Below are positions 20,157-30,274 of a DNA stretch of 64,000 bases, in pieces; the stretch's first letter is position 1, and each line of letters opens with the position of its first letter. Source of the DNA: Sedimentisphaerales bacterium (GTDB lineage: Bacteria > Planctomycetota > Phycisphaerae > Sedimentisphaerales > Anaerobacaceae). The notes beneath the pieces were generated by a model. It did not search any database. It saw only the letters and a list, made by a program, of their open reading frames with translations, and was not told where the DNA came from. Location: positions 320,001-384,000 of the forward strand of contig JAXGYC010000009.1 in assembly GCA_040772485.1 (NCBI GenBank). The letters run 5' to 3'. A program made the translations under genes and the position numbers.

Positions 20157-21797
20157 ATGACCACGCGACATCAAGAGTATCATCGCTACAGCGGCAAACC
20201 AAGAGTCTTCCTGCGGGTGCTGTATGCATCACTCCTGTGGATGGGTCTGCCGTTGTCAGCGGGTGCGGCGACGCGCCTGGAGGGGCGCGTCGTTGATGAC
20301 GCCGGTGGAGGGCCGCTGGCGGCGCGCGTCGCGGTCACGGACGTGCACGGCAAGTTCGTGGAGATCGCCGGCCGGCACGCGCACGCTGAGTACCTGGGCA
20401 AACGCTGGTGCTACGTGGATGGTTCGTTCGCTTTGACGATCCCGGAGGACGGCGCCTCGATCGAGATTCGCAGAGGTCTCGAAACTTTGCCGTTGTCGGC
20501 CAGGATCGCCGGTGGGGGATCGAAGAAGGTCGCGAAGACCTTCCGCCTTCGTCGCTGGATCGACATGAGCAGTAGAGGCTACGTCAATGGCGACATTCAC
20601 GCGCATCTGCCTGTCCCCAAGGTCGCCCATCCGCAGATGCGGGGCGAAGACTTGAACACGCTGACTCTTCTGTACCTGCCGGACGAGGAGTCTCCGATTG
20701 CGACGAACCGCTGCTTCACGGGCAAGCTGGATGCCTGCTCGACGCCGGGCTGCGAGATCTACGTCGGTCAGGAACTCCAGGAATGGCAGATGGGCCATGT
20801 GGCGCTGCTGGGCCTGAAATCTCTGGTTCCCGGCTACCCGCACGCCGGCGGCTCGCTCGAACACTGGAAGGGCTTCCCGCAGTGGGACCTGATGCGGGCC
20901 TTGCGGGCGACGCGCCGGCAGAACGGCACGATCTTATGGTCGCACATCTCCTCGCTGCCCGGCACCGAGCTGCCCGTGGCGCTGGCCCTGGGCCTGGTCG
21001 ACGGGGTCGAGCTGATTACCTGGAGCGACCCGACGCAGTTTCCGAACCACTGGGGCCCGTGGGAGGATTCCGGTTTCTCGCAGGCGGAGTTCCCGGTCAT
21101 GCGGAGCATGGACCTGTACTACCAGTTCCTCAACGCCGGGTTCCGCCTGCCGATCGCGGCCGGAACGGACAAGATGGGCGAGGAGATTCCGCTGGGCAGC
21201 AACCGGACGTACGCCCGCGTGACCGGGGCGCGGAACTACGATTCCTGGCTTGCGGCGGTCAAGGCCGGTCGCGGCTTCGTCACCAACGGCCCGATCGTCG
21301 AGTTCGAAGTGGCCGGCAGCGAGCCGGGCGACGTTGTCGAGTTCCAGGGTGGCAAGACCGTCAAGGCCCGCGCGACGGTCCGCTCGATCCTTCCCATCAA
21401 CACCGTCGATATCGTCATGAACGGTCGCAAGGTCGGCCACAAGACCATCCCGCTGCTGCGGCAGGACCCGCCCGCTGACGGCCTCTATTCGCTCGAAGTC
21501 GAGGCCACCGTCGAGCTGACGGACAGCGCCTGGCTGGCCGCCCGCGTGATCGACCATCCGGACCTGCCCAATCGCGTGCTGCCGCGGGGGCTGTCCGTGT
21601 TTGCCCACACCAGCCCGATCTACTTCCTGAAAGACGGCCGCAAGGTCCGCGAGCCCGCCTCGATTGCCTACCTCCAGAAGTACGTCGAAGGCACCCTCCA
21701 CTGGCTCGGCACCAACCCGAACTTCGCGCTCGAAGAAGACCGCCAAGCCGCCCAAAACGCCGCCGACCAGGCCCTCCAATTCTACAAAGACCTGTAG
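20157..21797 (+). CDS. CehA/McbA-like metallohydrolase (PHP fold), exported
   Basis: GDIHAH, GHV, AGTD, GRGFVTNGP, AHTSPIY; GAGGAG RBS and signal peptide. Confidence 0.8.
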   Translation: MTTRHQEYHRYSGKPRVFLRVLYASLLWMGLPLSAGAATRLEGRVVDDAGGGPLAARVAVTDVHGKFVEIAGRHAHAEYLGKRWCYVDGSFALTIPEDGASIEIRRGLETLPLSARIAGGGSKKVAKTFRLRRWIDMSSRGYVNGDIHAHLPVPKVAHPQMRGEDLNTLTLLYLPDEESPIATNRCFTGKLDACSTPGCEIYVGQELQEWQMGHVALLGLKSLVPGYPHAGGSLEHWKGFPQWDLMRALRATRRQNGTILWSHISSLPGTELPVALALGLVDGVELITWSDPTQFPNHWGPWEDSGFSQAEFPVMRSMDLYYQFLNAGFRLPIAAGTDKMGEEIPLGSNRTYARVTGARNYDSWLAAVKAGRGFVTNGPIVEFEVAGSEPGDVVEFQGGKTVKARATVRSILPINTVDIVMNGRKVGHKTIPLLRQDPPADGLYSLEVEATVELTDSAWLAARVIDHPDLPNRVLPRGLSVFAHTSPIYFLKDGRKVREPASIAYLQKYVEGTLHWLGTNPNFALEEDRQAAQNAADQALQFYKDL

Positions 21798-21884
21798 CCC
21801 AGCCCCATCATATCGGCCGCCCGACCCGCACGAGTCTGTGCCGCAGCGCAGCACCATTGCACCGGCGGCACGCGTCCTCTGATC

Positions 21885-22244
21885 CTATTGCATGAATGAC
21901 GGCAGTTCACCGGTTCCCTTGGCGTCCGCCCGACAGAGCTCGACCTCACAGGAATGCTTGCCAAGCTGCAATAGCGGGTGAAGGTGAAGGTGCTCGCGCG
22001 TTTCGGCCGGCGCGTCGCTACCATCCTGGTCATAATCCGCCAGAAAGTCGAGGAGCCTCGAAAGGTATCTCAGACCCTCAGGAGTACCTATGATTGTCAC
22101 ACCGGTTCTGCCGCTCTGGCACTCTGGATAGATGTCGATTTTGCCCTGCCTGTCCGGAAGTCGCGTTTGCTCTGCCATCATCGCCATGCTCCGATATTGC
22201 ATATCTCCTTCGTCTGCCGTCACCATTGTAGCATTCTGCGGCAT
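21885..22244 (-). CDS. Imm32-like immunity protein (start uncertain)
   Basis: GTPEGLRYLSRLLDFLA...REHLHL pattern with HxH. Confidence 0.55.
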   Translation of the reverse strand: MPQNATMVTADEGDMQYRSMAMMAEQTRLPDRQGKIDIYPECQSGRTGVTIIGTPEGLRYLSRLLDFLADYDQDGSDAPAETREHLHLHPLLQLGKHSCEVELCRADAKGTGELPSFMQ

Positions 22245-22580
22245 TCAGGACGAGAGCTTGGCGCTGGCGAGGCGGTTGAGGCTGACGTTTTCCTCGGCGG
22301 CTTCGAGGGCGAGGCGTCGATGGACCTCCGGCGGGACACGGACCATGAACTTGCCGCTGTATCGCCGGCGGCTCAGCGGTTCGGGTGCGGCCTCTCCGTT
22401 GGCCTTCAGGTCGTCGACGACGTTGGTCACCACCCTGCGGATGCCTCGCAGGGCCTTTTCCGGCGTGGATGCCAGCCAACTGAGGCTGGGAAACTCCGCG
22501 CACTGCCCCACGCATTGGGCGTCCTCCTCGGACCAGGTCACACGATACGTGTAGCGATCAATCTCCGGTAGCGTTTTCAT
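22245..22580 (-). CDS. hicB: HicB family antitoxin
   Basis: YRVTWSEED...AEFPSLS N-domain; YSGKFMVRVPPEVHRRLALEAAEENVSLN ribbon-helix-helix. Confidence 0.9.
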   Translation of the reverse strand: MKTLPEIDRYTYRVTWSEEDAQCVGQCAEFPSLSWLASTPEKALRGIRRVVTNVVDDLKANGEAAPEPLSRRRYSGKFMVRVPPEVHRRLALEAAEENVSLNRLASAKLSS

Positions 22581-22818
22581 GCTGCAACCTTTCGATGGCC
22601 TTGAGCACCTGTCGGACTTGATATGCCTTGGCCATTCCCTTGTCGTTCTGGATGTTCACGCGAGGATCGCCGTACCAGGGCATCCGGTAGATGCGATGGC
22701 TGGTGCCGCCCTGTCGCGCGGCCCCGAAGTAGTGATCGCACACGCGACAGAGATCGGCGAAGCGGACCCCTTGGGGGTTGGTTCGCATCTGATCCAAGAC
22801 ATCATCAATGCTTGCCAT
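22558..22818 (-). CDS. hicA: HicA family toxin
   Basis: NPQGVRFADL, GTSHRIY, AKAYQVRQVL; overlaps the hicB start. Confidence 0.85.
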   Translation of the reverse strand: MASIDDVLDQMRTNPQGVRFADLCRVCDHYFGAARQGGTSHRIYRMPWYGDPRVNIQNDKGMAKAYQVRQVLKAIERLQHENATGD

Positions 22819-22824
22819 ATCCAA

Positions 22825-22853
22825 ATAATACCATTATTGATACTATACGTCAA
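22825..22853 (-). promoter_or_regulatory. hicAB promoter with overlapping operator-like palindrome
   Basis: TTGACG-17 nt-TATTAT; imperfect palindrome ATAGTATCA-4 nt-TGGTATTAT; ATG 6 nt after the -10. Confidence 0.7.
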
Positions 22854-23145
22854 GTCGATAATCGGAGTTCGGATGCAGGATTCTCCGGAACAGGCCAGCT
22901 CCCTCAGGCAAGGGCCGTATGTAAGAGAGCCGGTCTCGACGGCGGATTCTGAAGGGTCTTTCGCCCGTTTGCGTTGGAATGCGCGTGACGCTTGCACCGG
23001 GGACGGCAATATGGAGTGGACAGGGGCGGGGGGGGGCGGTAAGATCGCCGGCGGTTCGGCCTTTGCACCCCCAGCAGCACGGGCCGGTTGTACGCGGACC
23101 TCGCGGCACACTACGGCATCCCAAAAGCTTTGAGTGATTGGAGTT

Positions 23146-24912
<1,767 letters not shown>

Positions 24913-24993
24913 TGGCCGGCAGGATTCGAAAGGTAGTGCAAGCGACGAGGTTGTTTGGTCGCGTGTAATCGTCATGTTCAAGAGGTGACGTCC

Positions 24994-25323
24994 ATGGCAA
25001 CTCAAGGAAACGCAGTCGCCGACATCAATGAGGCTGTCAGGAGGATCGTGGAGCGATTCCATCCTGCCAAGATCATCCTGTTTGGCTCGCACGCCCGCGG
25101 CTCGGCCCGGCGCGACAGCGACGTAGATCTACTGGTGGTCATGGATGTGAAAGAATCCAGGCGTCACCAGGCTGTGGAGATCGATCTGGCGCTGTCAGGC
25201 CGGACGTTTCCCCTGGATCTCATCGTGGTAACGCCAGAGGAGTTTGAGAGGTACCGAGATGTCATAGGACACATCGTATATCCAGCGGTGCGCGAGGGCA
25301 AGGTGCTCTATGATGCGGCCTGA
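24994..25323 (+). CDS. Minimal nucleotidyltransferase (MNT antitoxin)
   Basis: ILFGSHARG...DSDVDLLVV motif. Confidence 0.88.
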   Translation: MATQGNAVADINEAVRRIVERFHPAKIILFGSHARGSARRDSDVDLLVVMDVKESRRHQAVEIDLALSGRTFPLDLIVVTPEEFERYRDVIGHIVYPAVREGKVLYDAA

Positions 25324-25732
25324 GCAAGCTCATTTGATACGCCAGTGGATCGAGAAGGCTGAGGAAGACTTCAGGAATGCCGAGTACGTCCTTACCCTGG
25401 AAACGAATTGTCCCGTGAGCACAGTCTGCTTTCACAGTCAGCAGTGTGTTGAGAAGTGCTTGAAGGCTCTGTTGATTTGTCATTCTCTTCCGACCCGGAG
25501 GAGCCACGATCTTCTGGAATTATATCATCAAATCCCATCGAGCGGCAGACCGGATCTGTCCGAGGAGTCGCTTGCGGTCCTGAATCGCTATGCCGTAGAA
25601 ACCCGATACCCTGGGGACTGGGACATCATCACTCGTTGTGAAGCCGAGGCTGCTCTGGACATCGCCCGAAGGGTCCGAGAGATCACAGGTCGGCAACTTG
25701 CCAAGGTAATCGAGCGGGATTCAGCAGAGTGA
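25310..25732 (+). CDS. HEPN domain protein
   Basis: WIEKAEEDF, FHSQQCVEKCLKA, RSHDL, RYPG; overlaps MNT. Confidence 0.88.
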   Translation: MMRPEQAHLIRQWIEKAEEDFRNAEYVLTLETNCPVSTVCFHSQQCVEKCLKALLICHSLPTRRSHDLLELYHQIPSSGRPDLSEESLAVLNRYAVETRYPGDWDIITRCEAEAALDIARRVREITGRQLAKVIERDSAE

Positions 25733-25835
25733 GAGACAGGGGTGACCCTGCGGGCCAATTGATTGTTGCGGCCCTGGCGATTCGCAGCAGTGCACGCCGG
25801 CAGGGGTGCTCGAGCTGCGAGGAGGAAATTGCATC

Positions 25836-26690
25836 ATGGCTGCTGCCAGGAAGCGCATAGCCGGAGCTCTGCCGCCGATCTATATCGTCTCGGGCGGTTC
25901 GGGCGCCAGCGGCGAGCAGGTGGTCGAATCGGTGCTGGCGCAGTTTCCGGATGTCCAGGTCCCGGTCGTCAAGATCGCGCATGTGCACCACAAAACGCAG
26001 ATTCGGGACGTCGCGACCAGAGCCTCCGGGGCGAATGCCACGATCGTTCACACGCTGGTAGATGTGCGTCTGAGGCGGTATCTTGTCGAGGCTGCTCGCG
26101 AGAAGGAAGTCGTGGCTCTCGACCTCATGGGTCCGCTGCTCAATCGCTTGAGCCGGATTCTGGGCCAGGAGCCCAAAGGCCAGCCCGGCCTCTACCGGCA
26201 TCTGCGCAAGGGCTATTTCGATCGCATCGCGGCCATCGAGTTCACCCTGGCTCACGACGACGGGAAGAATCCCCAGGATATGCCCAAGGCAGACGTCGTG
26301 CTGGCCGGCGTCTCCCGAAGCGGCAAGACGCCGCTGAGCATGTACCTGGGCGTTCTGGGCTGGAAGGTGGCCAACGTTCCCGTGATTGTGGATCTGCCGC
26401 TGCCTGCGGAATTGCTCCGGATCGATCGCGGTCGCGTTTTCGGGCTCGACATCGACCAGAAGCGGCTCGTTCACCACCGGCGACATCGCCAGCAGCGAAG
26501 AGGCCTCACCGGTCCTGGCGCCTACACGGACCCGAAGATCGTTCTCGATGAGGTGGAGGTCGTGCGGGCCCTCTGTCGCAAGCATCGCTTCTCGATGATC
26601 GACGTGACCGACAAGCCGATTGAGACGACCGCCGACGAGATCATCGAGACGGTGACGCGGCGCTTCGGCGACGGCTCCCGCATGGGGTAG
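25836..26690 (+). CDS. Pyruvate/PEP dikinase regulatory kinase-pyrophosphorylase (DUF299)
   Basis: AIEFTLAHDDG, GVSRSGKTPLSMYL, KVANVP. Confidence 0.9.
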   Translation: MAAARKRIAGALPPIYIVSGGSGASGEQVVESVLAQFPDVQVPVVKIAHVHHKTQIRDVATRASGANATIVHTLVDVRLRRYLVEAAREKEVVALDLMGPLLNRLSRILGQEPKGQPGLYRHLRKGYFDRIAAIEFTLAHDDGKNPQDMPKADVVLAGVSRSGKTPLSMYLGVLGWKVANVPVIVDLPLPAELLRIDRGRVFGLDIDQKRLVHHRRHRQQRRGLTGPGAYTDPKIVLDEVEVVRALCRKHRFSMIDVTDKPIETTADEIIETVTRRFGDGSRMG

Positions 26691-26702
26691 ATTGCCTCCG
26701 CC

Positions 26703-27512
26703 TTATCCCGGCCCGAACAGCTCCGCGAACTTGCTGCCGATGTCCGGCTGCTCGCACAAGGTCTGGCCGATGAGAACAGCGCGGACACCCATGCGGATGA
26801 GCTTCTCGACGTCGCGGCGTGTCCGGATGCCGCTCTCGGCAACCACGGGGACATCGTCATCGAGCATGTCCTTGAGCCGGCTGGTCGTGTTCAGATCGAC
26901 CGCCATGGTCGTCAGGTCGCGGTTGTTGATGCCGAGCACACTGTATCGTCCCGCCGGAAAGCCGATCAGACTGCGGACGCCCAGGAGCGTATCGGCCTGG
27001 TGGACCTCCACCAGCACGGTCAGCGTCAGTTCCGTCGCCGCAATCATCAGGTCCATCAGCTCGCCTGTCGGCAGCGCGTCGGCGATCAGCAGGATCGCGT
27101 CGGCGCCGGCGGCACGCGACTCGTACACCTGCCAGAGGTCCACGATGAAATCCTTTCGCAGGACCGGCAGCGCGACCGCCTGCTTGACCTGCTCGACGTA
27201 TTCGAGCTGGCCTTGGAAGTACTTCTCGTCGGTCAGGACGCTGATCGCATCGGCGCCGCAGCGTTCATACGTCTGGGCAATGGCCACCGGGTCGAAATCG
27301 GCGCGGATCAGTCCCGCCGACGGCGACGCCTTCTTGACCTCGGCGATCACGTTGAGCCCGCGCCGGTTCGCCTTGGTCACCGCCTGGTAGAAGTTGCGGC
27401 ACTTCGGCAGACCGATGATCCGCTCCTTGAGCTGTTCGAGACTGACCTGGGTCCGTCTGTCCCACACCTCCTGGCGCTTGTCGGCGATAATCTGGTCTAA
27501 GATGTTAGCCAA
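26703..27512 (-). CDS. trpC: Indole-3-glycerol phosphate synthase
   Basis: IAEVKKASPSAG, SVLTDEKYFQG, LRKDFI, GINNRDL, AESGI. Confidence 0.96.
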   Translation of the reverse strand: MANILDQIIADKRQEVWDRRTQVSLEQLKERIIGLPKCRNFYQAVTKANRRGLNVIAEVKKASPSAGLIRADFDPVAIAQTYERCGADAISVLTDEKYFQGQLEYVEQVKQAVALPVLRKDFIVDLWQVYESRAAGADAILLIADALPTGELMDLMIAATELTLTVLVEVHQADTLLGVRSLIGFPAGRYSVLGINNRDLTTMAVDLNTTSRLKDMLDDDVPVVAESGIRTRRDVEKLIRMGVRAVLIGQTLCEQPDIGSKFAELFGPG

Positions 27513-27536
27513 TACAGTCGTGTCCCGTTTGTGACG

Positions 27537-27564
27537 GTAGGGGCGAATGATGATTCGCCCCTAC
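27537..27564. repeat. 28-bp REP palindrome overlapping the DUF1844 stop codon
   Basis: GTAGGGGCGAATGATGATTCGCCCCTAC. Confidence 0.9.
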
Positions 27565-27980
27565 GCCTGCGGTCCGCCGCCGGCGGACTCGGCGATCTGC
27601 ACGAAGCCCATGCGCAGCTCGTTCAGCGTGTTCTTGAGCAGTTGCGATTCCTCTGCCGTCAGGTTGCCCTTGGTCTTGGCCTGGAGCGTTTCAAGCATAT
27701 CGATGTTGTATCGCGCCATCTCCAGGTCCGGCTCTCTCTGGTCCTGGCCCTTGACCCGCAGCACGCCCAATGCGAACAGCGCCTGGGTCGTCAGCATGTT
27801 GATCAGGCTGGCGAGGTCGCCCTGCGGCAGTGGCCCGGCCGGTTGGCCGATCTCCTCCTCCTCGTCAGCGGCCTTCTGCTTGGCTTTCTCCTGCTTCTCC
27901 TTGGCGGCCAGTATCTCCTTCTCCTGCTGCGCCTGCTTCTTCCAGTCCTCGTCGATGATGAGCTTTTTCTCGTCTGCCAT
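27561..27980 (-). CDS. DUF1844 domain protein
   Basis: IIDEDWK...QALFALG...IDMLETLQAKTKGNLT...LNELRMGFV. Confidence 0.85.
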   Translation of the reverse strand: MADEKKLIIDEDWKKQAQQEKEILAAKEKQEKAKQKAADEEEEIGQPAGPLPQGDLASLINMLTTQALFALGVLRVKGQDQREPDLEMARYNIDMLETLQAKTKGNLTAEESQLLKNTLNELRMGFVQIAESAGGGPQA

Positions 27981-28004
27981 GCCGGTCATCCTTTTCGATT
28001 CTCG

Positions 28005-28057
28005 GTAGGGGCAGGCCCCTGTGCCTGCCCGGGCAACCACGGGGGGTTGCCCCCTAC
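28005..28057. repeat. REP doublet
   Basis: GTAGGGGCAGGCCCCTGTGCCTGCCC joined directly to GGGCAACCACGGGGGGTTGCCCCCTAC. Confidence 0.85.
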
Positions 28058-28059
28058 GG

Positions 28060-28542
28060 TTATCGTTTTCGGTACTTCTTCATGTCACGATCGAGATCAC
28101 GTTTCTGGCCGCGTTCGGCGATGGTGGCCCGCTTGTCATATTGGCGCTTGCCCCGGGCCAGGGCCAGCTCGACCTTGGCCAGACCTCGGCCGCTGAAATA
28201 CAGCCGAAGGGGCACCAGCGTGAAGCCGCGTTGCTCAAGCTTGACCGAGATGCGGTGCAGCTCGGCCTTGTGCAGCAGCACCTTGCGCTTTCGCACCGGG
28301 TCGTGGCCGCCTTCTCGCGCCATGGCATACGGCGCGATCTTGGCTCCGATGAGCCAGCATTCGCCCTGTTCCAGGCGGGCGTAGGACCCGCTCAGGTCGG
28401 CGGCGGCCCCGCGCAGCGACTTGACCTCGCTGCCGCGCAATTGCAGCCCGGCCTCGAACTTCTCGACCAGCTCGAAGTCGCGGTACGCCTTCTTGTTGAA
28501 CGCCGCCGGACTGTCAAACCCCTTCTTTTCCTTATTCACCAT
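28060..28542 (-). CDS. smpB: SsrA-binding protein
   Basis: NKKAYRDF, EAGLQLRGSEVKSLR, RKVLLHK, ARGKRQYDKR. Confidence 0.95.
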   Translation of the reverse strand: MVNKEKKGFDSPAAFNKKAYRDFELVEKFEAGLQLRGSEVKSLRGAAADLSGSYARLEQGECWLIGAKIAPYAMAREGGHDPVRKRKVLLHKAELHRISVKLEQRGFTLVPLRLYFSGRGLAKVELALARGKRQYDKRATIAERGQKRDLDRDMKKYRKR

Positions 28543-28549
28543 CCGGCCC

Positions 28550-28578
28550 ATCATACCGGCCCCCGCCGGCCTTGGCAA
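28550..28578 (-). promoter_or_regulatory. smpB promoter (probably leaderless)
   Basis: TTGCCA-17 nt-TATGAT, ATG 7 nt downstream. Confidence 0.55.
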
Positions 28579-28606
28579 CCCGCACCGGCGATAGCAGGCA
28601 CGGGAT

Positions 28607-28844
28607 GGGTGCACTTGATGTTCGTAGGTAGACCTTCACCGGAGGCTGCAATCGACTTTGTCATTCCGACCGGAGCGCAGCGTAGTGGAGGAATCTGGCT
28701 GCGAAGGGGCTATTGCCTTATCCTCGGCCAGATTTCTCCGTGCGGGCTTCGCCCTTAGTCGAAATGACATCCGCCACGCTCTCCGAGATGACAGACCCCT
28801 TCCTGGCCTCGGCAGGAACCTACCTACAAACACGCAGTGCACCC
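28607..28844. mobile_element. Putative MITE with 25-bp imperfect terminal inverted repeats and 9-bp target duplication
   Basis: Ends match 21/25 (GGGTGCACT...GTAGGTAG); GCACGGGAT at 28598-28606 and 28845-28853. Confidence 0.7.
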
Positions 28845-28852
28845 GCACGGGA

Positions 28853-30274
28853 TCATCCTTTCGGGATACGTTTGGCGAGTTGGTCTTCGGCGGGCGTCAG
28901 GGTGGCGCGGTGGTGTTCGACCTCTCTCAAGATGTCGGCGATGACGCCGGGGTGGTCCTTGGCGACGTCGTACTTCTCGGACGGGTCGTGTTCGAGATGG
29001 TAGAGCACGGACGGATCGTGCTTGATCGGCTTGTCGCCTCCGTAACCCGATTGCGTGATGAAGTGGGCCTTATACGGCCCTTTGCGCACGGCGAACAGCT
29101 CGGTCCCACGATAGTAGAACATGGTCCGGCGGGGGCTGGGACCGGTGCCGAACAGGGCGGGCGCAAGGTCGAGCCCGTCGACGACGCGGTCGGAGGGCGC
29201 CTCGGCGCCGGCCAGCTTGAGGATCGTCGTGTAGAGGTCCATCGTCGCGCCCATGTCACGAACCACGCCGGGCCGGATCCGGCCGGGCCACCAGCAGATC
29301 GTCGGCTCGCGCATCCCGCCTTCGTAGGTGCAGCCCTTGCCCTCGCGCAGCAGGCCGGCCGAGCCCCCGTGCTCGTTGAAGGTCAGCCAGGGACCGTTGT
29401 CTGAGGTGAAGACGACGAGCGTGTTCTCCGCCAGGTTGTGCTTCTTGAGCGTGTCGAGAATCCGGCCGACGCCCGCGTCGATCTCCTCGACGACATCGCC
29501 ATACAGGCCGCGAAGGCTCGTGCCACGGAATTCGTCGGAGCAGAACAGCGGCACGTGAGGCAGATTGTGCGCCAAGTACAGGAAGAACGGTTCATCCTTC
29601 CTGGTCTCGATGAAGCGCACCGCCTCGTCGCTGTAGCGTTGGATCAGTGTGTTCTGATCGGCGGGCCGCTCGACGATCTCTTCGTTCCGCATCAGCGGCA
29701 CGTTCCAGTACTCGACCTTCGGGTTCCAGAATGCCTGGCGTCCTTCGCCTCCGACGCGGTCCATGTCGTTGCTGTACGGAATCCCGAAGTACGAGTCGAA
29801 TCCGTGGCTGGTGGGCAGGTACTGCGGCAGGTGGCCCAGATGCCACTTGCCGATGCACGCGGTCGTGTAGCCCTGGGGCTTCAGCGCCCGTGCGATGGTG
29901 ACTTCGCTCTGGGGCAGTCCGCCGGCCGAGTCCGGGAAGAGCACCCGCCGCACGTTGCTGCACATGCCGCTGCGAATCGGCAGCCGGCCGGTCAGCAGCG
30001 CCGCCCGGCTGGGCGTGCAGACCGAGGCGCCCGCGTAGAAGCTCGTCCACCTCTGGCCCTCGCCCGCCATGCGATCGAGGTTGGGCGTGCGAATCGTCGG
30101 ATGGCCGAAGCAGGCCAGGTCACCGTAGCCCAGATCGTCACAGAAGATGATGACGAAGTTAGGTCGCCGGCGCTCGGGGGCGCTGCTTGTGCCGGCTAAG
30201 AGACATTGATGGGCTGATACGGGCAGGCCTGCACAGGCCAAGCCGATCGTCTTGATGAAGTCGCGTCGGTTCAT
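28853..30274 (-). CDS. Sulfatase (Cys-type, Tat signal)
   Basis: NRRDFIK; DDLGYGD; CTPSRAALLTGR; GKWHLG. Confidence 0.95.
   Translation of the reverse strand: MNRRDFIKTIGLACAGLPVSAHQCLLAGTSSAPERRRPNFVIIFCDDLGYGDLACFGHPTIRTPNLDRMAGEGQRWTSFYAGASVCTPSRAALLTGRLPIRSGMCSNVRRVLFPDSAGGLPQSEVTIARALKPQGYTTACIGKWHLGHLPQYLPTSHGFDSYFGIPYSNDMDRVGGEGRQAFWNPKVEYWNVPLMRNEEIVERPADQNTLIQRYSDEAVRFIETRKDEPFFLYLAHNLPHVPLFCSDEFRGTSLRGLYGDVVEEIDAGVGRILDTLKKHNLAENTLVVFTSDNGPWLTFNEHGGSAGLLREGKGCTYEGGMREPTICWWPGRIRPGVVRDMGATMDLYTTILKLAGAEAPSDRVVDGLDLAPALFGTGPSPRRTMFYYRGTELFAVRKGPYKAHFITQSGYGGDKPIKHDPSVLYHLEHDPSEKYDVAKDHPGVIADILREVEHHRATLTPAEDQLAKRIPKG

Noticed and set aside
28543..28853. tmRNA (ssrA) next to smpB
   Set aside because: No tRNA-like ends or tag reading frame recognised; the region is explained by a promoter plus the MITE-like element.
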